64,000 bases of DNA from an uncultured Amylibacter sp. (GTDB lineage: Bacteria > Pseudomonadota > Alphaproteobacteria > Rhodobacterales > Rhodobacteraceae), in assembly GCA_905182285.1 (NCBI GenBank), contig CAJJAY010000007.1:60825-124824 (forward strand), given 5' to 3'. This document shows positions 21,425-31,005 of this stretch, piece after piece. The notes below the pieces were generated by a model. That model saw only the letters and a list, made by a program, of their open reading frames with translations, ran no database searches and was not told the DNA's origin. Positions within the stretch are counted from its first letter, which is position 1. The number at the start of each line of letters is the position of its first letter. A program made the translations under genes and the position numbers.

Positions 21425-21769
21425 TCAGTCTTTTCTAAAGAATGGCTTATCTTTTTTGTCAAAATCACGCTTTGGCCCACGATCGCCACCTTTGAAGCCA
21501 CCACGATCACCACCACGATCACCACCTTTAAAACCACCGCGGTCACCACCACGATCGCCACCTTTAAAGCCACCACGGTCTCCACCACGAGATGGAGCAG
21601 TATCGTTTGCTTCCCATTTTCGTAGAATACTCATATCAAAAGTATCTCTATGAATTTGACCTTCATTGCACCAGACGCAACTTACTTTTGTACTTTGTAT
21701 ACTCTCAACAACAAAACGTGGAGAGCCTGATACTAGTACAACTATATCACCTTCAGAAAGAGCAGCCAT
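21425..21769 (-). CDS. YodC/DUF2158-like small beta-domain protein with a Gly/Arg/Asp-rich repeat tail
   Basis: N-terminus GDIVVLVSGSPRFVV...VSCVW...F matches the DUF2158 pattern; SD AAGGA upstream; (GGDRGGDRGGFK)n tail. Confidence 0.75.
   Translation of the reverse strand: MAALSEGDIVVLVSGSPRFVVESIQSTKVSCVWCNEGQIHRDTFDMSILRKWEANDTAPSRGGDRGGFKGGDRGGDRGGFKGGDRGGDRGGFKGGDRGPKRDFDKKDKPFFRKD
21478..21590 (-). repeat. Imperfect coding tandem repeat, 36-nt unit (GGDRGGDRGGFK), about 3 copies
   Basis: Repeated CCACCACGATC / CCACCTTT blocks with synonymous variation between copies. Confidence 0.9.
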
Positions 21770-21829
21770 AATTTATTCCTTTTTTTGATTTATGGCCGCG
21801 ATACGCTCCTTTCTTAAGAAAGAAAAGAG

Positions 21830-22099
21830 TTACTTTTCAATTAGATTGTAAAAATCAAACATATCTAAAGTAATAATACCTGATAATATAATAAAAATAA
21901 TTAAAGCACTAATAGGGATTGATATTAAAGTTGTATTAATTATGCGTTTCTTCATACTAAAATCTATAGGTGAAGATGCGTGGGTACCTTTTAGCACATT
22001 TCCAGTATCACCTTGAGTTTTAATTTTTATTTGTAAATGCAGAAATAAAACGATGAACCAAACAATTGAAAATAAAACTAATACTGCAGTAATTGACAT
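21830..22099 (-). CDS. DUF1467 family small membrane protein
   Basis: MSITAVLVLFSIVWF...TQGD..GT..SSP pattern; SD AAGGAG before the ATG at 22099. Confidence 0.8.
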   Translation of the reverse strand: MSITAVLVLFSIVWFIVLFLHLQIKIKTQGDTGNVLKGTHASSPIDFSMKKRIINTTLISIPISALIIFIILSGIITLDMFDFYNLIEK

Positions 22100-22277
22100 A
22101 AATATCTCCTTTAATCTAAAATGGCTCAATTTATGAATTAAGCCAACAATTATTTCTATTTTTTTTGTTTTTTTTACGTTCTAATTTTTCTTAATAATTA
22201 AAATTAGAATTTAACTTTCTCGTTGGTAATTATTGTATTATTGCAATATGTGAAATATAAATACTAATGGATAAAAA

Positions 22278-23078
22278 ATGTTGGCATCTTGGAAAATTTT
22301 TAGAAGATCTGTTTTAATTGTTTCAGATAACTTAAAAGAGGCATTTCGTATTTCGGGTGCCATCTTTGTAGCTGCTGTATTTGCCAGCTCAGCATTAAAT
22401 GTATTTTTAACAGGTGATTTGATAATTGGTCCGCCTCAATTTCAAACTGTAACTAATGACAGTGGGCAAGATCAATTAATGGCATTAAATTTCTCTTCAG
22501 AAAAAATGATCGCATTACTTGGAGGCAATTTTATTTTCTTTATTGCAATGTCATGGATAGCTATTGCTTGGCATCGCTTTATCCTGATTGAAGAGAGCGG
22601 TAATCAATTATTCCCAATATGGAATAATTTACGGGTTTTGAAGTATTCTATAAAAACTATTGCTATAATTTCATCGGTAATCTTTATACTCATAATTCCT
22701 TTTTCAATGTTAAATATATTTATAAACGGACTAGGTTTAGTCGCAATATTACCAATTGTTAATATTTTATTATTTATTTCTTTTTACTATTTATTTTTCC
22801 GTGCAGGTTTAGTTTTACCTTCAATCGCCTTGGATGAAACAATGTCCATTCGCAAATCATTTAGAGAAACAAAAGATATATCAAATGAAATCTGGGGCCT
22901 AGCAGCTATTGTTATAACAATGATTCTTAGTATAGGGATTATATCTGGTATATTAGCACCCAGTAACATAATAGGCGTTCTTGTAACCTCATTTTTCCAA
23001 TGGATTGTGGTCATGATATCTGCCAGCTTAATGACGACGCTCTATGGGCATGTCGTTGAGCGTAGACCAATTAATTAG
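22278..23078 (+). CDS. Hypothetical polytopic membrane protein
   Basis: About six hydrophobic segments; WIAIAWHRFIL and TTLYGH motifs. Confidence 0.75.
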   Translation: MLASWKIFRRSVLIVSDNLKEAFRISGAIFVAAVFASSALNVFLTGDLIIGPPQFQTVTNDSGQDQLMALNFSSEKMIALLGGNFIFFIAMSWIAIAWHRFILIEESGNQLFPIWNNLRVLKYSIKTIAIISSVIFILIIPFSMLNIFINGLGLVAILPIVNILLFISFYYLFFRAGLVLPSIALDETMSIRKSFRETKDISNEIWGLAAIVITMILSIGIISGILAPSNIIGVLVTSFFQWIVVMISASLMTTLYGHVVERRPIN

Positions 23079-23100
23079 ACAATAATATTTATTTTGTTAA

Positions 23101-25680
23101 TTATTTTTTCTTAGCTGTAGCTTTCTTCTTTGCAGGTGGTTTCTTTTTTACAGTTTTTCTTCTTTTTGGTGCTTTTGCAATTTTTTCATTAATTAAGACA
23201 AGTGCTTGGTCTAATGTTAAATCTTCAGGCTCTATTTCATTAGGAATTGTTGCGTTTATTTTTTCCCATTTTACATAAGGCCCATATTTGCCTTTCATAA
23301 TATTTATTGGTCCATCTGAATCGGGATGTTCACCAAGTTCTCTTATTGGTTTTGCTGCAACACCTCTGCCACCACGGCTAGCAATTTTTTCAGCTAAAAG
23401 TTGAACTGCATGGTTCATGCCAACAGTAAAGACTTCTTCAATATCGGCTAAGTTTGCATTTGTGCCTCCACGATCAGAAGTACTTGGGGAATGTTTAAGA
23501 TATGGACCGTATCTCCCAATATTAGACCAAACCATAATCCCATCCTCAGGATGAGGTCCAATTTGACGTGGAAGTGACAATAACCGTAACGCTTTTTCTA
23601 AATCAACATCTGCAGGAGGCCAATCTTTTGGTATTGATTGTCGGGGTGGTTTCTTATTCTCTTCTGAAACTTCTCCTCTTTGAACGTATGGTCCAAAGCG
23701 GCCTTTAAATGCATATATTTTATCGCCTTCATGTTCACCTAAGTTTTTTCCTTCAGGAGGTATGCCGCTTGAATCTTCTGCTCCTGGGGGTCCAAATGCG
23801 CGAGTGTAGCGACACTCAGGATAATTTGAACATCCGATAAAGGCTCCACCTGATCGCGCAGTTCTCATACTTAAACGTCCAATTTCACAATTTGGACAAA
23901 GTCTTGGATCTCCACCTTTTTCTGTTATTGGGAAAAGGTGTGGTTCTAAGACTTCATTAATTTTTTCTAGTACTTCTGTAATTCTTAATTCAGCAGTTTC
24001 CTGTATTGCTGCAGAAAAATCACGCCAAAAACGCCCTAAAACAATTTTATAATTTTCTTTTCCAGCTGAAACGCTGTCCAATTCTTCTTCCAAGCTAGCA
24101 GTATAATTGTAACCAACATATTGTCTGAAATAATTTTCTAAAAAGGCAATTACTAACCTACCTTTGTCTTCTGCAATTAATCTATTACCTTCTCTTCTAA
24201 CATACTCTCGAGTTTGAATGGTTGTAACAATAGATGCATATGTTGATGGCCGACCAATACCTAGTTCTTCCATACGTTTAACTAAAGTTGCTTCTGTATA
24301 ACGTGGAGGTGGCTGTGTAAAATGTTGTAATGGGTTTACTGTTATTTTTTCAATTAAATCTCCAATGGAGAGTTGAGGGAGAATTTTATCGTCATTGTCC
24401 ACAACTTCATCATCACGACCTTCTTCGTAAACTTTTAAAAAACCATCAAATACTACAACCTGGCCTGTAGACCTCAGCCCAATTTGATTGTCTTCTGATG
24501 ATATATCAATTGTTGTTCGTTCCATTTTTGCGCTAGCCATTTGACTGGCTAAAGTACGCTTCCAAATTAAATCATAAAGTTTTCTTTGATCTGCTTCTAA
24601 TTTATTTAAGTTTTCTGCCGAAACCTCCATGTTTGTTGGCCTAATGCATTCATGAGCTTCCTGGGCATTTTTTGCTTTGTTTTTATACATACGTGCTTCA
24701 GACGGTATGTAGCTAGATCCATATCTGGCTTTAATTGCATCTCTGGCTTCTATTACTGCTTCTGGAGCCATATCTATGCCATCAGTTCGCATGTAAGTTA
24801 TATGTCCTGCTTCATAAAGACGTTGAGCAGTGCTCATAGTTTGGCGAGCTCCAAAACCAAATTTACGACTCGCTTCTTGCTGTAATGTCGAAGTCATAAA
24901 CGGTGCTGATGGATTTCTATTTGCTGGCTTTGCCTCTACATTGGTTACGACTAGGTCGCGAGAATTAACTGCTTGAACTGCTAAATCTGCAGAAACTTCA
25001 TTGTTTATATCAAATTTATCAAGTTTTTTTCCACCCAAAATTCGCAAAGCAGATTCAAAATCTTTACCACGTGGGGTTCTTAAAACAGATTTAACTGACC
25101 AATATTCTCTAGGCTTGAAAATTTCAATTTCCATTTCCCGCTCAACAATTAATCTAAGGCATACAGATTGTACTCGGCCTGCAGATTTTGCTCCTGGCAA
25201 TTTTCTCCATAATACTGGAGATAAATTAAAGCCTACTAAATAATCTAGCGCTCTTCTTGCTAAGTATGCTTCAACTAACTCCATATCAACTGCCCGAGGT
25301 TTTTTCATTGCCTCAGTTACAGCAGTTTTAGTAATCGCATTAAATACCACACGACTTACAGGAGTATCTTTTTTAATAACTTTTCGTTTTCGCAGGGCTT
25401 CTTCTAAATGCCATGAGATAGCTTCACCTTCTCTGTCGGGGTCGGTAGCTAGAATCAGATTATTATCTTCTTTTAATGCGTCCGCGATCGCTTTGAGATG
25501 TTTTTTAGAGTCTGATGCAACTTCCCATTTCATCTCAAACTCATTATCGATATCTACTGAACCATCCTTTGGAGGCAAATCTCTTACGTGGCCATAAGAT
25601 GCCAATACCGTATAGTCGGAACCTAAATATTTATTAATGGTTTTGGCCTTTGCGGGGCTCTCTACAACTACAACTGGCAT
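23101..25680 (-). CDS. topA: DNA topoisomerase I
   Basis: VVVESPAKAKTI, ATDPDREGEAI, SAGRVQS, catalytic ITYMRTD, C-terminal GR(F/Y)GPY repeats. Confidence 0.98.
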   Translation of the reverse strand: MPVVVVESPAKAKTINKYLGSDYTVLASYGHVRDLPPKDGSVDIDNEFEMKWEVASDSKKHLKAIADALKEDNNLILATDPDREGEAISWHLEEALRKRKVIKKDTPVSRVVFNAITKTAVTEAMKKPRAVDMELVEAYLARRALDYLVGFNLSPVLWRKLPGAKSAGRVQSVCLRLIVEREMEIEIFKPREYWSVKSVLRTPRGKDFESALRILGGKKLDKFDINNEVSADLAVQAVNSRDLVVTNVEAKPANRNPSAPFMTSTLQQEASRKFGFGARQTMSTAQRLYEAGHITYMRTDGIDMAPEAVIEARDAIKARYGSSYIPSEARMYKNKAKNAQEAHECIRPTNMEVSAENLNKLEADQRKLYDLIWKRTLASQMASAKMERTTIDISSEDNQIGLRSTGQVVVFDGFLKVYEEGRDDEVVDNDDKILPQLSIGDLIEKITVNPLQHFTQPPPRYTEATLVKRMEELGIGRPSTYASIVTTIQTREYVRREGNRLIAEDKGRLVIAFLENYFRQYVGYNYTASLEEELDSVSAGKENYKIVLGRFWRDFSAAIQETAELRITEVLEKINEVLEPHLFPITEKGGDPRLCPNCEIGRLSMRTARSGGAFIGCSNYPECRYTRAFGPPGAEDSSGIPPEGKNLGEHEGDKIYAFKGRFGPYVQRGEVSEENKKPPRQSIPKDWPPADVDLEKALRLLSLPRQIGPHPEDGIMVWSNIGRYGPYLKHSPSTSDRGGTNANLADIEEVFTVGMNHAVQLLAEKIASRGGRGVAAKPIRELGEHPDSDGPINIMKGKYGPYVKWEKINATIPNEIEPEDLTLDQALVLINEKIAKAPKRRKTVKKKPPAKKKATAKKK

Positions 25681-25832
25681 GATGTTCCTTTAAGGGTAAA
25701 TGAACTAGGTCTATGGGCGCGGAACATCGGTTGTTCTTGAGGTGAATGTCAACAGCCACATTGAAAATTTATAATTTTTTTAATTTTTGTAAAGAATACT
25801 TTACTCGAAGCTTATGAAAATTATTTATTATT

Positions 25833-27260
25833 TTATATTTTAGATCCACCAATAGTAAGCCCTCCAATCATTAATGTAGGTTGCCCAACTCCAACGGGCA
25901 CCCACTGGCCTGCTTTACCGCAATTTCCCATGCCAGGATCAAGTGCCATATCATCTCCAATAGCATGAATGTGTTTAAGTGCTGTGGCACCATCGCCAAT
26001 TAATGTTGCACCTTTGAGTGGTGCACCAACAGTTCCATTTCTGACACGATACGCTTCAGTACATGAAAAAACAAATTTACCATTTGTTATATCAACTTGT
26101 CCTCCACCAAACCCAACAGCGTAAATTCCATCCTTCAGATTTTGTAAAATTTCTTTTGGATTTGTATTGCCTCCAAGCATATAAGTATTGGTCATACGAG
26201 GCATTGGAGCATGAGCGTAGCTTTCTCGTCTACCATTCCCTGTAGGCTCTACACCCATCAGGCGAGAGTTTTGCCTGTCTTGCATGTAACCAACCAAAAC
26301 TCCATCTTCTATTAAAGTGTTCTTTTGTGATTGTGTTCCTTCATCGTCAAAACTTATTGATCCTCTGCGATCTGGGATAGTTCCATCGTCTAAAACTGTT
26401 ACACCTTTTGCAGCAATCCTTTTACCCATTAATCCAGAAAAAGCTGATGATTTTTTTCTATTAAAATCACCTTCAAGCCCATGTCCAATTGCTTCATGTA
26501 ATAATATTCCAGGCCAGCCTGGTCCCAATACAACATCAAATTGTCCTGCAGGAGCTGGTATGGCCTCTAAGTTTACCATTGCTATTCTTATTGCTTCAAC
26601 CACTTTTGGTTTCCAATTATCGGAAGTGGTTAATTGCAATAAGCCATGCCTACCGCCGCCACCTGCACTCCCACTTTCGCGACGTCCGTCTTTTTCTACC
26701 GTTACGGAGATATTCAATCTAGCCATTGGCCTTATATCACGAACCAAAGTGCCTTCAGGTCGTAATATTTCAACTTCTTGTAAGCTTGCGACTAGGGATG
26801 CTGATACTTGGACGACTTTATTATTATATTCACGAGCAAAACTATCAATTTCTTTTAAGGTTTCTATTTTCACAGAAAATTCTGCATCTGAAATTGGGTC
26901 AATATCACTATATAATCTTTGATTAGTAGGTGTTGGTGCATTTGATAATTTGCTACCACCTGAACCAACAGCAAGTTTAGCCGTTTCTGATGCTCTAACT
27001 AATGCGGCTTGTGTCATTTCAGTTGAATGAGAATACCCTACAGTTTCTCCTTTTACAGCCCTTAGCCCAAATCCTTCAGATGCATTATAATTTGCAGTTT
27101 TTATACGGCCATCATCTAGCATTAAAGCTTCAGATCTTTGGCGTTCTAGAAATATTTCCCCATCTTCAGCACCCTTTAAAGTATTTTTAAGGGTGTTTAA
27201 TGCTTGATTAAAATCAAAATTAGCTTCGAAAGGTCGAAAAGGTGTAGACGCATTACTCAT
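25833..27260 (-). CDS. tldD: Metalloprotease TldD
   Basis: LLHEAIGHGLEGDFNRK, PRMTNT, CGKAGQWVPVGVGQPT. Confidence 0.95.
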   Translation of the reverse strand: MSNASTPFRPFEANFDFNQALNTLKNTLKGAEDGEIFLERQRSEALMLDDGRIKTANYNASEGFGLRAVKGETVGYSHSTEMTQAALVRASETAKLAVGSGGSKLSNAPTPTNQRLYSDIDPISDAEFSVKIETLKEIDSFAREYNNKVVQVSASLVASLQEVEILRPEGTLVRDIRPMARLNISVTVEKDGRRESGSAGGGGRHGLLQLTTSDNWKPKVVEAIRIAMVNLEAIPAPAGQFDVVLGPGWPGILLHEAIGHGLEGDFNRKKSSAFSGLMGKRIAAKGVTVLDDGTIPDRRGSISFDDEGTQSQKNTLIEDGVLVGYMQDRQNSRLMGVEPTGNGRRESYAHAPMPRMTNTYMLGGNTNPKEILQNLKDGIYAVGFGGGQVDITNGKFVFSCTEAYRVRNGTVGAPLKGATLIGDGATALKHIHAIGDDMALDPGMGNCGKAGQWVPVGVGQPTLMIGGLTIGGSKI

Positions 27261-27300
27261 TAAGACTATCCTATATGTTTAAGATGACAATTTGGCACAA

Positions 27301-27315
27301 GCGGCGCAATGCCGC
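27301..27315. promoter_or_regulatory. Candidate RegA/PrrA binding site upstream of coxB
   Basis: GCGGC-gcaat-GCCGC matches the GCGNC...GNCGC RegA/PrrA consensus, in the divergent tldD/coxB spacer. Confidence 0.55.
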
Positions 27316-27409
27316 AAACGGAAAGCTTGTTCTTTCTGCCTTATTATGGTTTTAGCTTACTAAAGACACAATCGAAGATTCCATAATACTGGAATTTTTT
27401 TAAAACAGG

Positions 27410-28318
27410 ATGAAACGAATGCGAGTAAAAAACCTATTAACAGCCACAATATCTGTTTTAACAAGTACATTACTTGCCAGCACCACTTGGGCTCAAGAAA
27501 ATTTGGGGTCATTAGAAACAATTGGTAAGCCAGTTGATGGTTTGATGGGATGGCAGCCGCCAGTTACTGAAGTTGCACGTGATATTCAAAGCTACGATAC
27601 TTTTTTATTATGGGTAATTACTATAATATCATTATTTGTAACGGCTTTACTTTTAATTTGTGCTTTTCGTTATAGTGCAAAACGAAACCCTAATCCGGCA
27701 TCTTTCACTCATCATACAGGTATAGAAATAGCTTGGACGTTAATCCCTGTTGTAATTTTATTATGTTTAATTCCACCAAGTTTAACTCTACTTTTCAAAC
27801 AGATGGAAATTCCTGAAGCTGATGTAACAATTAAAGCTACCGGTAACCAATGGTACTGGTCACATGAATATGTTGATCATGAGTTTGGTTTTGATAGTTT
27901 TATGTTAGACCGTGCTGATCTTGAAGAATATGGTTATGCTGCTGATGAATATTTACTAGCTACAGACGCTGCAGTTGTAGTGCCTGTAAATAAAACAATT
28001 GTAGTTCAAGTGACTGGTGCTGATGTTATTCACGCTTGGACAATACCTGCATTTGGTGTCAAACAAGACGCTGTACCTGGCCGTTTAGCAGAGCTGTGGT
28101 TTAAAGCTGAAAAAGAAGGTATCTATTTTGGTCAATGCTCTGAGTTGTGTGGAAAAGATCATTCATTTATGCCAATTACAGTGAAGGTTGTAAGTCAGGA
28201 TAAATATGATGCTTGGCTAGATGGGGCTATAAAAGAATATGCAGGTATCCCTAGAGTGGTTCATGTTGCAGATGCAAACATGAATAAAGTTTTAGAGGTT
28301 GAAGCTTCAAAAAATTAA
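27410..28318 (+). CDS. coxB: Cytochrome c oxidase subunit II
   Basis: QWYW, DVIHAW, CuA motif CSELCGKDHSFM. Confidence 0.97.
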   Translation: MKRMRVKNLLTATISVLTSTLLASTTWAQENLGSLETIGKPVDGLMGWQPPVTEVARDIQSYDTFLLWVITIISLFVTALLLICAFRYSAKRNPNPASFTHHTGIEIAWTLIPVVILLCLIPPSLTLLFKQMEIPEADVTIKATGNQWYWSHEYVDHEFGFDSFMLDRADLEEYGYAADEYLLATDAAVVVPVNKTIVVQVTGADVIHAWTIPAFGVKQDAVPGRLAELWFKAEKEGIYFGQCSELCGKDHSFMPITVKVVSQDKYDAWLDGAIKEYAGIPRVVHVADANMNKVLEVEASKN

Positions 28319-28363
28319 TTAATTTTTGATATATTTAAACCTCATTAAAAATTTGGAATTGAA

Positions 28364-29314
28364 ATGACAGAAGCGACAATAAAGACGACGTCTGATCAAC
28401 CAGACTTTGGTAATTATGTTTCATTACTTAAGCCTCGCGTCATGTCTCTAGTGGTATTCACTGCAGCAGTAGGCTTAATAGTTGCCCCAGGTTCTATGAA
28501 TATAGTTTTGGCATTCGCGTCAGTATTATTTATAGCTTTGGGTGCGGGTGCATCAGGTTCACTAAACATGTGGTGGGATGCTGATATAGATAGCATAATG
28601 AAAAGAACACAAGGTCGTCCTGTTCCATCAGGTAAAGTTTCTGCAAATAATGCTATGCTGGTTGGCCTTTGGATGTCTGTTTTATCTGTTGGTATGTTAG
28701 GCTTAGCTTCAAATTGGTTTGCTGCAGGTTTGCTTGCTTTTACTATATTCTTCTATGCAGTGGTTTACTCAATGTGGCTCAAGCGTTCTACGCCACAAAA
28801 TATTGTTATTGGTGGAGCGGCTGGTGCTTTTCCACCAATGGTTGGTTGGGTGGCCGCTTCAGGATCAATATCATATGAAGCAATTGGGATGTTTATGCTT
28901 ATTTTTATGTGGACTCCACCGCACTTTTGGGCATTAGCGTTATTCATGAATGAAGACTATTCAAAGGCTGGTATCCCGATGCTTACAGTCACCCATGGTA
29001 AAAGAAGTACACGAAATCATATTTTAACTTATACTATACTTTTAACACCATTCTCTGTTGGATTAGCTTTCACATCAATTGGTGGTCCAGTATATTTTGT
29101 ATTATCAATAATTCTATCTTTATTATTTCTTTTAGGTGCTTTTAAATTATTCAAACGTGAAGAAAAAATTGCAATAGAAGACAATTATCTAGAAGAACGT
29201 AAAGTATTCAAATTTTCCCTCTTCTACCTTTTCCTTTTATTTACAGCTTTGCTTATTGAAGCATCATTTCGTTCGTATGATGTAAGATTAATAGCTTGGC
29301 CACAGGTGTTTTAA
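28364..29314 (+). CDS. ctaB: Protoheme IX farnesyltransferase (heme O synthase)
   Basis: LLKPRVM, NMWWDADID..MKRT, WTPPHFWALA. Confidence 0.96.
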   Translation: MTEATIKTTSDQPDFGNYVSLLKPRVMSLVVFTAAVGLIVAPGSMNIVLAFASVLFIALGAGASGSLNMWWDADIDSIMKRTQGRPVPSGKVSANNAMLVGLWMSVLSVGMLGLASNWFAAGLLAFTIFFYAVVYSMWLKRSTPQNIVIGGAAGAFPPMVGWVAASGSISYEAIGMFMLIFMWTPPHFWALALFMNEDYSKAGIPMLTVTHGKRSTRNHILTYTILLTPFSVGLAFTSIGGPVYFVLSIILSLLFLLGAFKLFKREEKIAIEDNYLEERKVFKFSLFYLFLLFTALLIEASFRSYDVRLIAWPQVF

Positions 29315-29488
29315 ATGACTGATGATGAAATTCGAAAGATTCGAAAAAAAAATAATTCTATGCTAGGACTAATTTTAGTTGCTTTTGTGATTTTAGTTTT
29401 TTCAATAACAGTGGCAAAAATGATGGGTGGAGCAACAATGGAAGCTTACGACCATGTTAGGCGACCCCAATTGGAACAAATCAATTGA
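29315..29488 (+). CDS. 57-aa single-TM protein in the cox operon (not in the ORF track)
   Basis: MTDDEIRKIRKKNNSMLGLILVAFVILVFSITVAKMMGGATMEAYDHVRRPQLEQIN. Starts immediately after the ctaB stop; its stop overlaps the ctaG TTG (TTGA). Confidence 0.85.
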   Translation: MTDDEIRKIRKKNNSMLGLILVAFVILVFSITVAKMMGGATMEAYDHVRRPQLEQIN

Positions 29489-30072
29489 GTAAAAATTCGA
29501 AAAATAAAACTGCATTTAAATTGATTTCATTGGTTTTCTTTATGTTGTCAATGTCATTTGCCGCAGTGCCATTTTATGATTGGTTTTGTAGAGTTACAGG
29601 CTTTGGGGGAGTTACTCAAACTGCAGTTGAGGAAAGTAATGAAATCTTAAATCGTAAAATCACAGTAAGGTTTGACGGTTCTTTGGACGCTAACATTGAT
29701 TGGGAGTTTAAGCCGACGCAAAGAAAAATGACACTTCGAATTGGTGAAACTGGCCTAGCTTTTTATGAAGCTCATAATCCAACTGATAAAGTTATAGCGG
29801 GTACAGCAAGTTTTAATGTGTATCCATATTCAGCAGGTTATTATTTTAACAAAATTCAATGTTTTTGTTTTGAAATGCAGGTTCTTCAACCAGGTGAAAC
29901 AGTTCAAATGCCAGTAACATTTTATGTAGATCCTGAAATTATTGAAGATCGAGAAGCTAAATTTGTAAATAATATTACTCTGTCATATACATTTCATGCG
30001 ACAGATTTACCCACTGATCAAGCAAGTCTTGCAAGCTCAGTGCAATCCACAGTAAACAAGCCTGAAAGTTAA
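29485..30072 (+). CDS. ctaG: Cytochrome c oxidase assembly copper chaperone CtaG/Cox11
   Basis: VPFYDWFCRVTGFGG and KIQCFCF. Confidence 0.96.
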   Translation: MSKNSKNKTAFKLISLVFFMLSMSFAAVPFYDWFCRVTGFGGVTQTAVEESNEILNRKITVRFDGSLDANIDWEFKPTQRKMTLRIGETGLAFYEAHNPTDKVIAGTASFNVYPYSAGYYFNKIQCFCFEMQVLQPGETVQMPVTFYVDPEIIEDREAKFVNNITLSYTFHATDLPTDQASLASSVQSTVNKPES

Positions 30073-30087
30073 GGGACGAGTCGACAA

Positions 30088-30930
30088 ATGGCACATGAAA
30101 AAAACCACGATTACCACATTTTAACTCCGAGTATTTGGCCATTATTTGGTGGGCTTTCTGCTCTAACAATGCTTGTAGGCGCTGTATTTGCTTCTCATCA
30201 TCTGGGAAGGGGAATGGATCCAATTCAATTGGGAGGTATTCCATTATCACCATGGCTTTTTATTATTGGTTTTGTAATGACGCTATACACAATGTTTGCA
30301 TGGTGGAGTGAATGTGTGTACGACTCACATGCTGGGGACCATACGCCTGTAGTGGTTATTGGACTCAGATATGGTGTGATAATGTTTATCATGTCTGAGG
30401 TAATGTTTTTTGTTGCATGGTTTTGGTCCTTTTTTAAGAATGCAATGTACCCAATGGGACCTATGTCACCGGCTGTGGATGGTATTTGGCCTCCAGCAGG
30501 AATAGAAACTTTTGATCCATGGCACTTACCATTAATTAACACTTTAATCTTACTATGTTCAGGTTGTTTTGCAACTTGGGCTCACCATGCACTTGCACAT
30601 GAAAATGATCGTAAAGGTTTAGTATGGGGGCTAGTGGGTTCTATAGTACTTGGTGCGATTTTTACAGTCTTCCAAGTTTATGAATATGGTCATGCAGCAT
30701 TTAGTTTCCGTGATAATGTTTATGGTGCCAACTTTTTCATGGCTACTGGTTTTCATGGTTTTCATGTTGTCGTGGGAACAATTTTCTTAGCAGTATGTTT
30801 GGTTCGAGCGTTAAAGGGCCACTTTACACAAGAACGACATGTTGGATTTGAAGCTGCTGCATGGTATTGGCATTTTGTTGATGTGGTTTGGTTGTTCTTA
30901 TTCGCTGCAGTGTATATCTGGGGTGGTTAA
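30088..30930 (+). CDS. coxC: Cytochrome c oxidase subunit III
   Basis: [35 protein letters not shown]. Confidence 0.97.
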   Translation: MAHEKNHDYHILTPSIWPLFGGLSALTMLVGAVFASHHLGRGMDPIQLGGIPLSPWLFIIGFVMTLYTMFAWWSECVYDSHAGDHTPVVVIGLRYGVIMFIMSEVMFFVAWFWSFFKNAMYPMGPMSPAVDGIWPPAGIETFDPWHLPLINTLILLCSGCFATWAHHALAHENDRKGLVWGLVGSIVLGAIFTVFQVYEYGHAAFSFRDNVYGANFFMATGFHGFHVVVGTIFLAVCLVRALKGHFTQERHVGFEAAAWYWHFVDVVWLFLFAAVYIWGG

Positions 30931-30955
30931 GTTTATTAATTACATAAATTAATTT

Positions 30956-30983
30956 AAAGCGTGGGAAGAGATTTCTACGCTTT
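30956..30983 (+). terminator. Terminator-like hairpin between coxC and SURF1
   Basis: AAAGCGTGGGAA-gaga-TTTCTACGCTTT followed by ACTTTTTT. Confidence 0.65.
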
Positions 30984-31005
30984 ACTTTTTTATAAGAGGT
31001 CCAAA

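Noticed and set aside
21478-21590. Possible CRISPR-like or VNTR array
   Set aside because: No unique spacers and no cas genes; it is an in-frame coding repeat.
21416-21653. Plus-strand ORFs with PPRSPPLK or TTTIATFK repeats
   Set aside because: Antisense shadows of the GGDRGGFK coding repeat. The minus-strand frame has the SD, a recognisable domain and synonymous-only variation.
25722-25736. GAAC-N7-GTTC upstream of topA as an SOS box
   Set aside because: Inverted arrangement matches neither the alphaproteobacterial direct repeat nor the Firmicute GAAC-N4-GTTC; probably part of the topA promoter or leader.
26317-26922. 201-aa ORF antisense to tldD, and the other long antisense ORFs in the track (e.g. 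40131-40559, 4344-4700)
   Set aside because: They lie fully opposite well-conserved genes, with no SD or recognisable motifs; expected shadow frames.
30961-31005. GTG-start N-terminal extension of SURF1 (and similar extensions for gltX, murD, the amidase and the lipoprotein)
   Set aside because: The SURF1 extension runs through a terminator hairpin; downstream ATGs with an SD or stop-start coupling fit better in each case.
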